From: Eledone cirrhosa
Taxonomy: Eukaryota
Reading direction: 5' to 3'
Assembly (NCBI GenBank): GCA_964016885.1
Contig: OZ024759.1
Span: 6,262,001-6,326,000 of the forward strand
Length of the DNA stretch: 64,000 nucleotides
Shown one piece after another: positions 22,942 to 35,330 of this stretch. How positions within the stretch are numbered: position 1 is the stretch's first letter; each line of letters opens with the position of its first letter. A program made the position numbers and the translations under genes. The notes below the pieces were generated by a model. It did not search any database, was not told the DNA's origin, and saw only the letters and a list, made by a program, of their open reading frames with translations.

Positions 22942-25900
22942 ATGGCTGATATAAGAGTTGGGTTTCTGAATGTACGTGGCCTGGGACTGTCTTGGAAACA
23001 AGGCAAACTTTTAAACGATCTCAGGTCACATAGAATGGATGTAATGGCTATTTGCGAGTCCAGGATCAGCAGCGAGCACCAACTGGCGCCCCTCTTCGAC
23101 GACTTTGAGATCTTCGCATCTCTCTGTCAACCGGGGGGTGGGGGTGGAGTTGTCGTTCTGCTGCGAAAACACCTGGGCCTCGCCATACAGAAGGTGCACC
23201 TGGACCCGGAGGGTCGACTGGTGGTTTTAGACGTCGGCAGTAGTGAAAGTGGAGCCCTTAGACTAATAGCTGTGTACGCCCCTTTTTGGGCAGCGCGGCC
23301 GGAATACTTCCAACGTCTGGAAACTTTTCTGGGAACGTCCCGCTCCTTGCTTTTAGTGGGGGACTGGAATGGTATCCTGGATGCACGTTGGGACTATGTA
23401 GGGGCATGTGCCAATAGAGGGGGGTGTAAAAGCCTCAAAAGGTTAATCGGCCGATTTGACCTGGCCGATAGATATCGACTAGATTTTCCGACTGTACCAC
23501 TATGGACGTGGACCAATCGCAGTGGAACATCTAGGTCGTACCTAGATAGGGTCCTAGTTAGAGAGAACGATAGGGACACATTTAGCTGTCCAAAAATGTT
23601 CATGGTTGACTATTCGGATCACAAGTTAGTGACCTGCATAGCCAACCTTGATAGAACCCATAGACAGGGACCCGGTTACTGGAAGCTGAACTTGTCCTTA
23701 CCGAGAAGCAAAGCTTACAGTAAACGGATTAGCACGTTAGTTAAGCAGAATTTGACAGGGGCAATTGTCAACAACAGGTGGTGGAGCTCTCTTAAGAGAG
23801 CAATTAGAATAGAATCGATAGGTTTTAGTCAGGAATTAGCAAGGGATAGGAACAAGACGGAAAGGGAATTAGTAGATAGAGTAGAAGAGGCGATTAGGAG
23901 TGGCAATGTAGCCGGCGTGCTGGCATCAAGAATGGCCTTAGACCAGTTCTTTGAGGTGAAGCATGAAGGCTGCGTTGTCAGGAGTAAAATACGTGCTCTG
24001 GGTAATGAGGGAGCCAAAGCTGTAAGCTGGGCCCGAATGATAGAGGCAAAAAGTGGGAACAAGTCCACGATTCGGTCTTTGAAGGACCAGGATGGGCGTG
24101 TGATCCTTGAACCTGGGCAGATGTGTGCGGCCTTTCAGCGGCACTTTGCACGACTGTTCGAGAGGGGCGGCGCGCCGGGTGAGACTATGGATTTCAATCC
24201 ATACCTCGACGGTCTGCCGCGCCTCTCGGACGCGGAGGCGAAGTCCTGCGAAAGGACGATTTCAGCTGCTGAGATAGGGGCGGCGCTGAGCCAATGCGGC
24301 AAACGCAAATCCCCGGGTCTCGATGGTCTACCATACGAGCTATATGTAGCGATGCCGGACTTGTTCTCCGATATCCTCGAAGCGGTCTACTGCAACTGGC
24401 AGCAGAACGGGAGAATTCCCAGTTCTGTGACCAAGGGCGTAGTTACGCTGGTGAGGAAGGATGAGAACAAGGGGGATGACATAAGTAACTTCAGGCCCAT
24501 AACTCTGCTAAATACAGAGTTAAAGATTTTGGCCAAGGTGTTAGCGAAGAGGTTGGCGCTTGTCGTTGGAAACCTGGTGGGAGAAGCGCAGACATGCGCA
24601 ATCCCGTCCAGGTCCATTCACGACAATCTCCACCTTATGCGATACATCATAGAGAGGGTAGGGAATGAACCCGGCTTTGGTGGGGCCCTGATCAACTTGG
24701 ATCAATCTAAAGCTTTCGATAGGGTTGACCATCGTTACCTGGATGCGGTGCTCGCGGCGGCAGGCTTCGGACCCGTTTTCAGGGGTTGGATTGCTGCGAT
24801 GCACAGCAGCAACGTCTGCTCAAGGGTCAAGGTGAACGGCCACCTCTCGGAGCCGTTCCAAATCATGCGATCCATCCGACAGGGATGCCCTCTCTCCTCC
24901 CTACTGTATGTGCTGGCTCTTGAGCCACTACTGCGGAAGTTGGAGCGGTTGCAGGGCATCCCTTTGGAACCGGGATTGCAGAAAGCGGCGTCGGCCTACG
25001 CCGATGACGTGACAGTAATGGTGTCGAAAACCTCGCAAATCGGTGAGATCGGCACCTTACTGGAGGAATATGAAAGGTTTACAGGAGCCAAGCTGAACCG
25101 GGACAAGTCCGTCGGTTTGCAACTCGGAACATGGAGAGGCAAACCGATGCCCTCCAACGACGTCGTCGGACGCTGGACGGAGGGCCCGGTGAAGCTGCTT
25201 GGGGTCTGGTTCGGACCAGACCTCCAGGTGGAGAAAAACTGGAACGAGGTAACGGCCAGGGTGTTTGCACTCACCCAGAAGTGGGCCCAGTGCAAACTAT
25301 CCCTGAAAGGTCGAGCGGAGGTGGCGAATACTTATATAGCATCCGTCATCTACTACCGCTTGACCGTCGTGCCTTGCCCAGTGAAAAGACTCGCCAAAAT
25401 GGAGTGCGCGCTGTTCCAATTTCTTTGGAACAAGCGGACCCCTTTGGTGAGGAGATCCATCTGCTGTCAACACCCTTCGAAAGGAGGGCTGGGGATGCCG
25501 TGGCTACAGATGCGTAAACACGCATTAAGGCTACGGCACCTCCAGGTATTCCTCACCGGTCAACCGGTGTGGGCCCCGTTTGTGAGGCGAGCCTTTCCCA
25601 GACTCGTCTCGCTCACCGAGCTGCAATCCTGGGTCAAGCAAAGACCGAGAAAAGTGGGCGACTGGCACATTGAATGTGCCCAGGCGCTCACGGCCCTCTG
25701 GAAAGCGGACCCGGCAATCAGTGGAGACTCCACCTCGACATTCTATAGAGGGTTGGTACGCAGCAGGTGCGACGATGCTCTCGGAGAAGCTCTAGGCATG
25801 GAGGAAGATGAACTGGCCAGTCTGTTCGGTAGGACGTTTGGCCCTGGACCGATGGACAACTTCCAAAAGTCCCTGGCTTGGCAGTGCTACCGAGGGGCTC

Positions 25901-26379
25901 TACCCGTTCGAGACAAGCTCCACAGGCATGGGAGCCTGGGTAGAGATCCTTTGAATAAGATCTGTCCGAGATGCGTGCATGATGACGAAACCGTTGCGCA
26001 CGCATTCGTACACTGCCCAGGCATTGCTGACCTGTGGGGCTATGTGGAACGACTACTGTCGAGGGTGGGACCAATCCGGTTGACCACCGAGTCCATTGTC
26101 ACGATCAAACCGCCTCCCCCTTTCAAAAACGAAGGAGAGGCGGTTTTTCTCTGTGTGGTAGCCATGGCTAAAGAAGTTGTATGGTGGACGAGGCTGAAAG
26201 GGCTGAGGTCAGACACCTTTCTCTCCGGCCAACAACTGGTCCCCTTTTTCAAATACCATTTTAAAAGAAGGATCAGAATGGAGAGAGAGGTGCTCTACCC
26301 CAGCAAGTTTTATGAAAGGTGGGTGAAAGTAGGGAGAATGGCCAGAGTGAATGGGTCTTCTCTCTATATCAGCCTGTAG
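22942..26379 (+). CDS. Retrotransposon ORF2: APE endonuclease + reverse transcriptase + C-terminal Cys/His zinc finger (1145 aa)
   Basis: APE motifs LNVRGL, ICES, VGDWN, YLDRV, SDH; GPGYWKLN; RT motifs KSPGLDG, NFRPITLLN, DQSKAFDRVDH, RQGCPLS, AYADD; CPRC...ETVAHAFVHC. No stops or frameshifts. Confidence 0.97.
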   Translation: MADIRVGFLNVRGLGLSWKQGKLLNDLRSHRMDVMAICESRISSEHQLAPLFDDFEIFASLCQPGGGGGVVVLLRKHLGLAIQKVHLDPEGRLVVLDVGSSESGALRLIAVYAPFWAARPEYFQRLETFLGTSRSLLLVGDWNGILDARWDYVGACANRGGCKSLKRLIGRFDLADRYRLDFPTVPLWTWTNRSGTSRSYLDRVLVRENDRDTFSCPKMFMVDYSDHKLVTCIANLDRTHRQGPGYWKLNLSLPRSKAYSKRISTLVKQNLTGAIVNNRWWSSLKRAIRIESIGFSQELARDRNKTERELVDRVEEAIRSGNVAGVLASRMALDQFFEVKHEGCVVRSKIRALGNEGAKAVSWARMIEAKSGNKSTIRSLKDQDGRVILEPGQMCAAFQRHFARLFERGGAPGETMDFNPYLDGLPRLSDAEAKSCERTISAAEIGAALSQCGKRKSPGLDGLPYELYVAMPDLFSDILEAVYCNWQQNGRIPSSVTKGVVTLVRKDENKGDDISNFRPITLLNTELKILAKVLAKRLALVVGNLVGEAQTCAIPSRSIHDNLHLMRYIIERVGNEPGFGGALINLDQSKAFDRVDHRYLDAVLAAAGFGPVFRGWIAAMHSSNVCSRVKVNGHLSEPFQIMRSIRQGCPLSSLLYVLALEPLLRKLERLQGIPLEPGLQKAASAYADDVTVMVSKTSQIGEIGTLLEEYERFTGAKLNRDKSVGLQLGTWRGKPMPSNDVVGRWTEGPVKLLGVWFGPDLQVEKNWNEVTARVFALTQKWAQCKLSLKGRAEVANTYIASVIYYRLTVVPCPVKRLAKMECALFQFLWNKRTPLVRRSICCQHPSKGGLGMPWLQMRKHALRLRHLQVFLTGQPVWAPFVRRAFPRLVSLTELQSWVKQRPRKVGDWHIECAQALTALWKADPAISGDSTSTFYRGLVRSRCDDALGEALGMEEDELASLFGRTFGPGPMDNFQKSLAWQCYRGALPVRDKLHRHGSLGRDPLNKICPRCVHDDETVAHAFVHCPGIADLWGYVERLLSRVGPIRLTTESIVTIKPPPPFKNEGEAVFLCVVAMAKEVVWWTRLKGLRSDTFLSGQQLVPFFKYHFKRRIRMEREVLYPSKFYERWVKVGRMARVNGSSLYISL

Positions 26380-26616
26380 GTGAAAGAAGAGGAAAAAGCG
26401 GAGACGAGGGAAGCACCTACTCTTTGTGCTCCTGAGGAGAAGGGTTGCACATTTTTTCCGGGGTGTGTGCGACCCATGTTAATGCCCCCTCCCTATTGAG
26501 GACTTCGTTTGTTGTTGTTATTTCATTGTTATATTTTTGTACTCGTTAATTATATGTAAACTTCCCCCCTTGTATCTGTCCCTACCTTTTGTGCCCTAGT
26601 GGCAAATAAAGAAACC

Positions 26617-29600
26617 ACTCTATATATAATATTATATTTAACCCTTTACCATTTACATTACTCTATATACTATTATATTTAACACTTTACCATTTACATT
26701 ACTCTATATACTATTATATTTAACACTTTACCATTTACATTACTCTATATATACTATTATTAGTATATATAGAGTAATGTAAATGGTAAAGTGTTAAATA
26801 TAATAGTATATATAGTAATGTAAATGGTAAAGTGTTAAATATAATAGTATATATAGAGTAATGTAAATGGTAAAGTGTTAAATATAATAGTATATATAGA
26901 GTAATGTAAATGGTAAAGGGTTAAATATAATAGTATATATAGAGTAATGTAAATGGTAAAGTGTTAAATATAATAGTATATATAGAGTAATGTAAATGGT
27001 AAAGGGTTAAATATAATAGTATATATAGAGTAATGTAAATGGTAAAGTGTTAAATATAATAGTATATATAGTAATGTAAATGGTAAAGTGTTAAATATAA
27101 TAGTATATATAGAGTAATGTAAATGGTACAGTGTTAAATATAATAGTATATATAGAGTAATGTAAATGGTAAAGTGTTAAATATAATAATATTTAACACT
27201 TTACCATTTACATTACTCTATATATACTATTATATTTAACACTTTACCATTTACATTACTCTATATATACTATTATATTTAACACTTTACCATTTACATT
27301 ACTATATATACTATTATATTTAACACTTTACCATTTACATTACTCTATATATACTATTATATTTAACCCTTTACCATTTACATTACTCTATATATACTAT
27401 TATATTTAACACTTTACCATTTACATTACTCTATATATACTATTATATTTAACCCTTTACCATTTACATTACTCTATATATACTATTATATTTAACACTT
27501 TACCATTTACATTACTCTATATATACTATTATATTTAACACTTTACCATTTACATTACTCTATATATACTATTATATTTAACACTTTACCATTTACATTA
27601 CTATATATACTATTATATTTAACACTTTACCATTTACATTACTCTATATATACTATTATATTTAACCCTTTACCATTTACATTACTCTATATATACTATT
27701 ATATTTAACACTTTACCATTTACATTACTCTATATATACTATTATATTTAACACTTTACCATTTACATTACTCTATATATACTATTATATTTAACACTTT
27801 ACCATTTACATTACTCTATATATAATATTATATTTAACCCTTTACCATTTACATTACTCTATATACTATTATATTTAACACTTTACCATTTACATTACTC
27901 TATATACTATTATATTTAACACTTTACCATTTACATTACTCTATATATACTATTATTAGTATATATAGAGTAATGTAAATGGTAAAGTGTTAAATATAAT
28001 AGTATATATAGTAATGTAAATGGTAAAGTGTTAAATATAATAGTATATATAGAGTAATGTAAATGGTAAAGTGTTAAATATAATAGTATATAGAGTAATG
28101 TAAATGGTAAAGGGTTAAATATAATAGTATATAGAGTAATGTAAATGGTAAAGTGTTAAATATAATAGTATATATAGAGTAAAGTGTTAAATATAATAAT
28201 ATTTAACACTTTACCATTTACATTACTCTATATATACTATTATATTTAACACTTTACCATTTACATTACTCTATATATACTATTATATTTAACACTTTAC
28301 CATTTACATTACTATATATACTATTATATTTAACACTTTACCATTTACATTACTCTATATATACTATTATATTTAACCCTTTACCATTTACATTACTCTA
28401 TATATACTATTATATTTAACACTTTACCATTTACATTACTCTATATATACTATTATATTTAACCCTTTACCATTTACATTACTCTATATATACTATTATA
28501 TTTAACACTTTACCATTTACATTACTCTATATATACTATTATATTTAACACTTTACCATTTACATTACTCTATATATACTATTATATTTAACACTTTACC
28601 ATTTACATTACTATATATACTATTATATTTAACACTTTACCATTTACATTACTCTATATATACTATTATATTTAACACTTTACCATTTACATTACTCTAT
28701 ATACTATTATATTTAACACTTTACCATTTACATTACTCTATATATACTATTATATTTAACACTTTACCATTTACATTACTATATATACTATTATATTTAA
28801 CACTTTACCATTTACATTACTCTATATATACTATTATATTTAACCCTTTACCATTTACATTACTCTATATATACTATTATATTTAACACTTTACCATTTA
28901 CATTACTCTATATACTATTATATTTAACACTTTACCATTTACATTACTCTATATATACTATTATATTTAACACTTTACCATTTACATTACTCTATATATA
29001 CTATTATATTTAACACTTTACCATTTACATTACTCTATATATACTATTATATTTAACACTTTACCATTTACATTACTATATATACTATTATATTTAACAC
29101 TTTACCATTTACATTACTCTATATATACTATTATATTTAACACTTTACCATTTACATTACTCTATATATACTATTATATTTAACACTTTACCATTTACAT
29201 TACTCTATATATACTATTATATTTAACCCTTTACCATTTACATTACTCTATATATACTATTATATTTAACACTTTACCATTTACATTACTCTATATATAC
29301 TATTATATTTAACACTTTACCATTTACATTACTCTATATATACTATTATATTTAACACTTTACCATTTACATTACTATATATACTATTATATTTAACACT
29401 TTACCATTTACATTACTCTATATATACTATTATATTTAACCCTTTACCATTTACATTACTCTATATATACTATTATATTTAACACTTTACCATTTACATT
29501 ACTCTATATACTATTATATTTAACACTTTACCATTTACATTACTCTATATACTATTATATTTAACCCTTTACCATTTACATTACTCTATATATACTATTA

Positions 29601-30630
29601 TATTTAACACTGTACCATTTACATTACTCTATATATACTATTATATTTAATACTGTACCATTTACATTACTCTATATACTATTATATTTAACACTGTACC
29701 ATTTACATTACTCTATATACTATTATATTTAACACTTTACCATTTACATTACTCTATATATACTATTATATTTAACACTTTACCATTTACATTACTCTAT
29801 ATATACTATTATATTTAACCCTTTACCATTTACATTACTCTATATATACTATTATATTTAACCCTTTACCATTTACATTACTCTATATACTATTATATTT
29901 AACACTTTACCATTTACATTACTCTATATATAATATTATATTTAACCCTTTACCATTTACATTACTCTATATACTATTATATTTAACACTTTACCATTTA
30001 CATTACTCTATATACTATTATATTTAACACTTTACCATTTACATTACTCTATATATACTATTATATTTAACACTTTACCATTTACATTACTCTATATACT
30101 ATTATATTTAACACTTTACCATTTACATTACTCTATATATACTATTATATTTAACACTTTACCATTTACATTACTCTATATATACTATTATATTTAACCC
30201 TTTACCATTTACATTACTCTATATATAATATTATATTTAACCCTTTACCATTTACATTACTCTATATATACTATTATATTTAAACCTTTTCTATTTACAT
30301 TACTCTATATATACTATTATATTTAACCCTTTACCATTTACATTACTCTATATATACTATTATATTTAACCCTTTACCATTTACATTACTCTATATATAC
30401 TATTATATTTAAACCTTTTCTATTTACATTACTCTATATATACTATTATATTTAACCCTTTACCATTTACATTACTCTATATATACTATTATATTTAACC
30501 CTTTACCATTTACATTACTCTATATATACTATTATATTTAAACCTTTTCTATTTACATTACTCTATATATACTATTATATTTAACCCTTTACCATTTACA
30601 TTACTCTATATATACTATTATATTTAACAC
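26617..30630. repeat. AT-rich 41/43-bp satellite, right block, with two internal inverted segments
   Basis: About 90 copies; orientation is flipped at about 26761-27186 and 27957-28196. Confidence 0.97.
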
Positions 30631-32597
30631 TGGTTCTAAACAGACTGACTCTGGTTCTAAATAGACTGACTCTGGTTCTAAACACACTGACTCTTGTTCT
30701 AAACAGACTGACACTGGTTCTAAATAGACTGGCTCTGGTTCTAAACAGACTGACTCTTGTTCTAAACACACTGACTCTGATTCTAAACAGACTCACTCTG
30801 GTTCTAAACAGACTGACTGTGGTTCTAAACACACTGACTCTTGTTCTAAACAGACTGACTCTGGTTCTAAACAGACTGACTCTGGTTCTAAACAGACTGA
30901 CTCTGGTTCTAAACAGACTGACTCTTGTTCTAAACAGACTGACTCTTGTTCTAAACAGACTGACTCTGGTTCTAAACAGACTGACTGTGGTTCTAAACAG
31001 ACTGACTCTGGTTCTAAACAGACTGACTCTTGTTCTAAACAGACTGACTCTTGTTCTAAACACACTGACTCTTGTTCTAAACAGACTGACTCTTGTTCTA
31101 AATAGACTGACTCTGGTTCTAAATAGACCGACTCTTGTTCTAAACAGACTGACTCTTGTTCTAAACACACTGACTCTTGTTCTAAATAGACTGACTCTGG
31201 TTCTAAATAGACTGACTCTTGTTCTAAACACACTGACTCTGATTCTAAATAGACTGACTCTGGTTCTAAACACACTGACTCTGGTTCTAAATAGACTGAC
31301 TCTGGTTCTAAACACACTGACTCTGATTCTAAATAGACTGACTCTGGTTCTAAACAGACTGACACTGGTTCTAAATAGACTGACTCTGGTTCTAAACACA
31401 CTGACTCTGATTCTAAATAGACTGACTCTGGTTCTAAACACACTGACTCTGGTTCTAAATAGACTGACTCTGGTTCTAAACACACTGACTCTGGTTCTAA
31501 ACAGACTGTCTCTTGTTCTAAACAGACTGACTCTTGTTCTAAACAGACTGACTCTTGTTCTAAACACACTGACTCTGGTTCTAAATAGACTCACTCTGGT
31601 TCTAAACACACTGACTCTGGTTCTAAACAGACTGTCTCTTGTTCTAAACACACTGACTCTTGTTCTAAACACACTGACTCTGGTTCTAAATAGACTGACT
31701 CTGGTTCTAAACACACTGACTCTGGTTCTAAACAGACTGTCTCTAGTTCTAAACACACTGACTCTTGTTCTAAACACACTGACTCTGGTTCTAAACACAC
31801 TGACACTGGTTCTAAATAGACTGACTCTGGTTCTAAACACACTGACTCTGGTTCTAAACACACTGACACTGGTTCTAAACAGACTGACTCTGGTTCTAAA
31901 CAGACTGACTCTCGTTCTAAACAGACTGACTCTGGTTCTAAACAGACTGACTCTCGTTCTAAACAGACTGACTCTTGTTCTAAACACACTGACTCTCGTT
32001 CTAAACAGACTGACTCTGGTTCTAAACAGACTGACTCTCGTTCTAAACAGACTGACTCTGGTTCTAAACAGACTGACTCTGGTTCTAAACAGACTGACTC
32101 TGGTTCTAAATAGACTGACTCTGGTTCTAAACAGACTGACTCTTGTTCTAAACAGACTGACTCTGGTTCTAAATAGACTGACTCTGGTTCTAAATAGACT
32201 GACTCTGGTTCTAAACAGACTGACTCTGGTTCTAAACAGACTGACTCTGGTTCTAAACAGACTGACTCTGGTTCTAAACAGACTGACTCTGGTTCTAAAC
32301 AGACTGACTCTGGTTCTAAACAGACTGACTCTGGTTCTAAACAGACTGACTCTGGTTCTAAATAGACTGACTCTGGTTCTAAACAGACTGACTCTCGTTC
32401 TAAACAGACTGACTCTGGTTCTAAACAGACTGACTCTGGTTCTAAATAGACTGACTCTGGTTCTAAACAGACTGACTCTGGTTCTAAACAGACTGACTCT
32501 CATTCTAAACACACTGACTCTGGTTCTAAATAGACTCACTCTGGTTCTAAACAGACTGACTCTCATTCTAAACAGACTGACTCTGGTTCTAAATAGA
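30627..32597. repeat. 21-bp satellite (ctggttctaaacagactgact)n
   Basis: About 94 copies, abutting the 43-bp array through a shared 'acact'; gives the RTRVSLF and VLNRLTL pseudo-ORFs. Confidence 0.98.
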
Positions 32598-32871
32598 TCA
32601 ATGGCTATTATAAATACATAAATAGATTGACGCTAATTTCAGATTAGATTGAACCTAATTCAGTACAGACGCCAGTTTTAAGTCAATATGAACAAGATGA
32701 CTGCTACATTATTGTTATATATGTGTGTTCAGCTGTGACAGAATATATTGTATAGTACTATTGGTTCCGGTCATAATTTTTTGAAAACTGGAATGTAAAA
32801 TAAAATAGAACAAAATGGAGATCATATTAGAGTGGCAAGTGTTACTGTTGTATATGTGGGTATATATATGT

Positions 32872-32902
<31 letters not shown>

Positions 32903-32940
32903 CCGCACACATATATATGTGTATGTATATATGTATATAT

Positions 32941-33176
32941 ATCATCATCATCATCATTATCATTTTATGTCCACTTTTCCTTGCTTGCAAGGGGTGGGGG
33001 ACTGGTCCTTTTCAGCACAGCATCTCTCCATTCGTCACAGTCTGCTCTCACCACCTCCGCCCATGTTTTGCATGGTCTTCCTCTACTGCATCTTCCTCCC
33101 ACTGGGATTTCTTGGCACTTCTTTACCCAGTGGTCATCCTCCATGCACATCACATGTCCATACCAACGCAGTCTTC
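32941..33176 (-). mobile_element. RTE LINE 3' portion, left of the LTR insertion
   Basis: (ATC)n tail; minus-strand peptide MMCMEDDHWVKKCQEIPVGGRCSRGRPCKTWAEVV is similar to the RTE C-terminus at 48484-48933. Confidence 0.85.
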
Positions 33177-33518
33177 TATAGCGAGAGTACTGGGTTGTAT
33201 GAATGTAACAAAACGAGACATGGTTTGTGTGTATAATATTTAATTAACAATGGTAGATAGTATAGTTGACATGTCAAAGAAATAGATGATAGAATGAAAC
33301 AAAGTTAGTCGTTACCGTTTTGATTGCCAGGCAAACGCGGCTGGCAGAGGACACCTGGCTAAGGCCAGCCAGGCGCCGGAAGGCCAAATGAGAGGCAGAG
33401 CCAAATGAGAGAGTGAGAACTTAAAGTTGTTAGTTTTATAGGGTTCTGACCGGAAGTTACAGAAAGGGTTCTACTTCCCGTCTAGATGTTAATCCAAACA
33501 AGGGAGACAACCGCTACA
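33177..33518 (-). repeat. 3' LTR
   Basis: Plus strand reads TATAGCG...CGCTACA; near-identical to 34961-35330 apart from indels near one end. Confidence 0.9.
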
Positions 33519-33934
33519 TAACCTCCCGCCAGAATTTTAGGATATAAAAATCGAATTGAAATATGTAGCAAGTTGGCGAGAATGTTGTAACAGGCATGAA
33601 AATTACGACAAAAGAATGTTTGCAAAAATCAATGATAGATATCAAGGTAGCCAACCGCTCTTGGCCAGAGAACGACTGGACATCTATCTATCCATCACCC
33701 AAAGATACAATGTAATATAGTAAGAGAAGGGCTCAAAGTTCAAATGTACAAAATATAGTTCACAGGTGTGCAATCACATGACAGCAGGAAAGAAAGTGTG
33801 TTCCAGAGAATGAATGCAGGTGGTTTCTGTTCTGTGGTATATCGTGAAATTTCCAACCTCCGAATGGATTTTCTCACAGGAAGAGTGCTGCAAAAATAAA
33901 TTCTCTGGCTTTGGTTGTTGGTGAAGCTGTGTTG

Positions 33935-34108
33935 ATGTATTGCTGTTGCTGTTGCTGCTGCTGCTGCTGTATTGCTGCTGCTGCTGTATTGCTGTTGCTG
34001 TTATATTGCTGCTGCTGTTGCTGTTATATTGCTGTTGGTGTTGCTGCTGCTGTTGCTGCTGTATTGCTGTTGCTGTTATATTGCTGTTGCTGTTGCTGCT
34101 GCTGTTGT
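33935..34108. repeat. (CTG/TTG)n microsatellite inside the LTR element
   Basis: Seen directly. Confidence 0.9.
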
Positions 34109-34960
34109 CTCGCTGAGTGAGCGTATTCGGTGTTTAAATTCACAGTAAAAAAATTTTTTTCAGAAAAAATGAGTTGCGCAAAGTGCTAGAAATAGCAGCC
34201 GAAGTTGATGGTCGATGTTGAGAATGCGTTGACCTGGAAGGGTCAAGAGGCCAGCGACCAAAGAAATAAGCATTCTGAATAAATGCGCAGTTTTCAACGG
34301 CAAATTTACGTAGTAAATTTTTAAACCGGCAAATAGGAGAATATAGCTTAAGGCTGAAGAATCCTTGGCGAGAAACGTTATCTCTGGCGTGCGGCTATCT
34401 CTGTGAGTCGAGAATTTGTGCTGCCTACACGTGCCAATACAAGGTTGAAAAAATAATATTTCTAACGCGCGAGAAAATGATAGTGCAATTTTGAAAGTGA
34501 CAATGATGAAAAAGAAAGGCTTCACTCAGCATAATTATTGGTGTGAACTTTTGAAAAAAAACTTGAACGATGAAGAAAACGATGAACAAAAAGGCAATGG
34601 TTCATCGAAAATAAATGTTCCTGTTGAAATGTTTTTTAAAGAATATCAAATTTCTTTTTTTTTTTTGTTTTGAAAGAGTTCGTTGTAAGAAACGAGAAAC
34701 ATATATATATATCGTGAAATGTTTTTTATTTTTTTTTTGTTTTGAAAGTGTTCGTTGTAAGAAACGAGAATATATATCGTGAAATGCGACAGTTAGTTGA
34801 TGCGTGAGAGAAAAAGTCTGTCTGAACGCGAATTCCACATGTGCGTGTGTCCGTTTCTTTGAATATTCTCATAGTTTGTCGATAAATTTGCTGTGTATTC
34901 GTAATGTTACCCACACAACTCCAGAATCTGCTATCTTTTTCTTTTTTCGGGGTGACCACT

Positions 34961-35330
34961 TATAGCGATGAATGGCTGCGTGTTCGTATTACGTCAGGGT
35001 TACCAATATAACAAGAGTACTGGGTTGTATGAATGTTTGTGTAGATAATATTTAATTAACAATGGTAGATAGTATAGTTGACATGTCAAAGAAATAGATG
35101 ATAGAATGAAACAAAGTTAGTCGTTACCGTTTTGATTGCCAGGCAAACGCGGCTGGCAGAGGACACCTGGCTAAGGCCAGCCAGGCGCCGGAAGGCCAAA
35201 TGAGAGGCAGAGCCAAATGAGAGAGTGAGAACTTAAAGTTGTTAGTTTTATAGGGTTCTGACCGGAAGTTACAGAAAGGGTTCTACTTCCTGTCTAGATG
35301 TTAATCCAAACAAGGGAGACAACCGCTACA
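34961..35330 (-). repeat. 5' LTR
   Basis: Plus strand reads TATAGCG...CGCTACA; adjacent to the PBS. Confidence 0.9.

Larger units (their letters stand above)
20965..26614 (+). mobile_element. Apparently full-length, intact Tx1/L1-clade non-LTR retrotransposon (about 5.65 kb)
   Basis: About 210-bp 5' UTR, two long ORFs separated by 21 nt, about 235-bp 3' UTR ending ggcAAATAAAGAAA; satellite on both sides. The 5' boundary is approximate and I found no clear TSD. Confidence 0.93.
33177..35330 (-). mobile_element. Non-autonomous Gypsy-like LTR element (about 2.15 kb)
   Basis: Direct repeats at 33177-33518 and 34961-35330; 4-bp TSD CTTC (33173-33176 and 35331-35334); minus-strand PBS TGGTCACCCCGA 2 nt after the 5' LTR; PPT-like GGCGGGAGGTTA before the 3' LTR; no gag/pol motifs seen. 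Confidence 0.9.

Noticed and set aside
21310-26252. Antisense and alternate-frame ORFs over the Tx1 element
   Set aside because: Shadow ORFs of ORF1 and ORF2 with no recognisable motifs.
30627-32597. 21-bp monomer as a derivative of the MITE right end (cagatatggccggtttaaat)
   Set aside because: Resemblance is short and gapped and could be chance.
30596-32621. Heptad ORFs (RTRVSLF, VLNRLTL) resembling coiled-coil or LRR proteins
   Set aside because: Product of the 21-bp satellite; no unique coding flanks.
32715-32812. Strong minus-strand acceptor ttctattttattttacattccag
   Set aside because: All frames stop within about 25 codons and no homology is recognisable.
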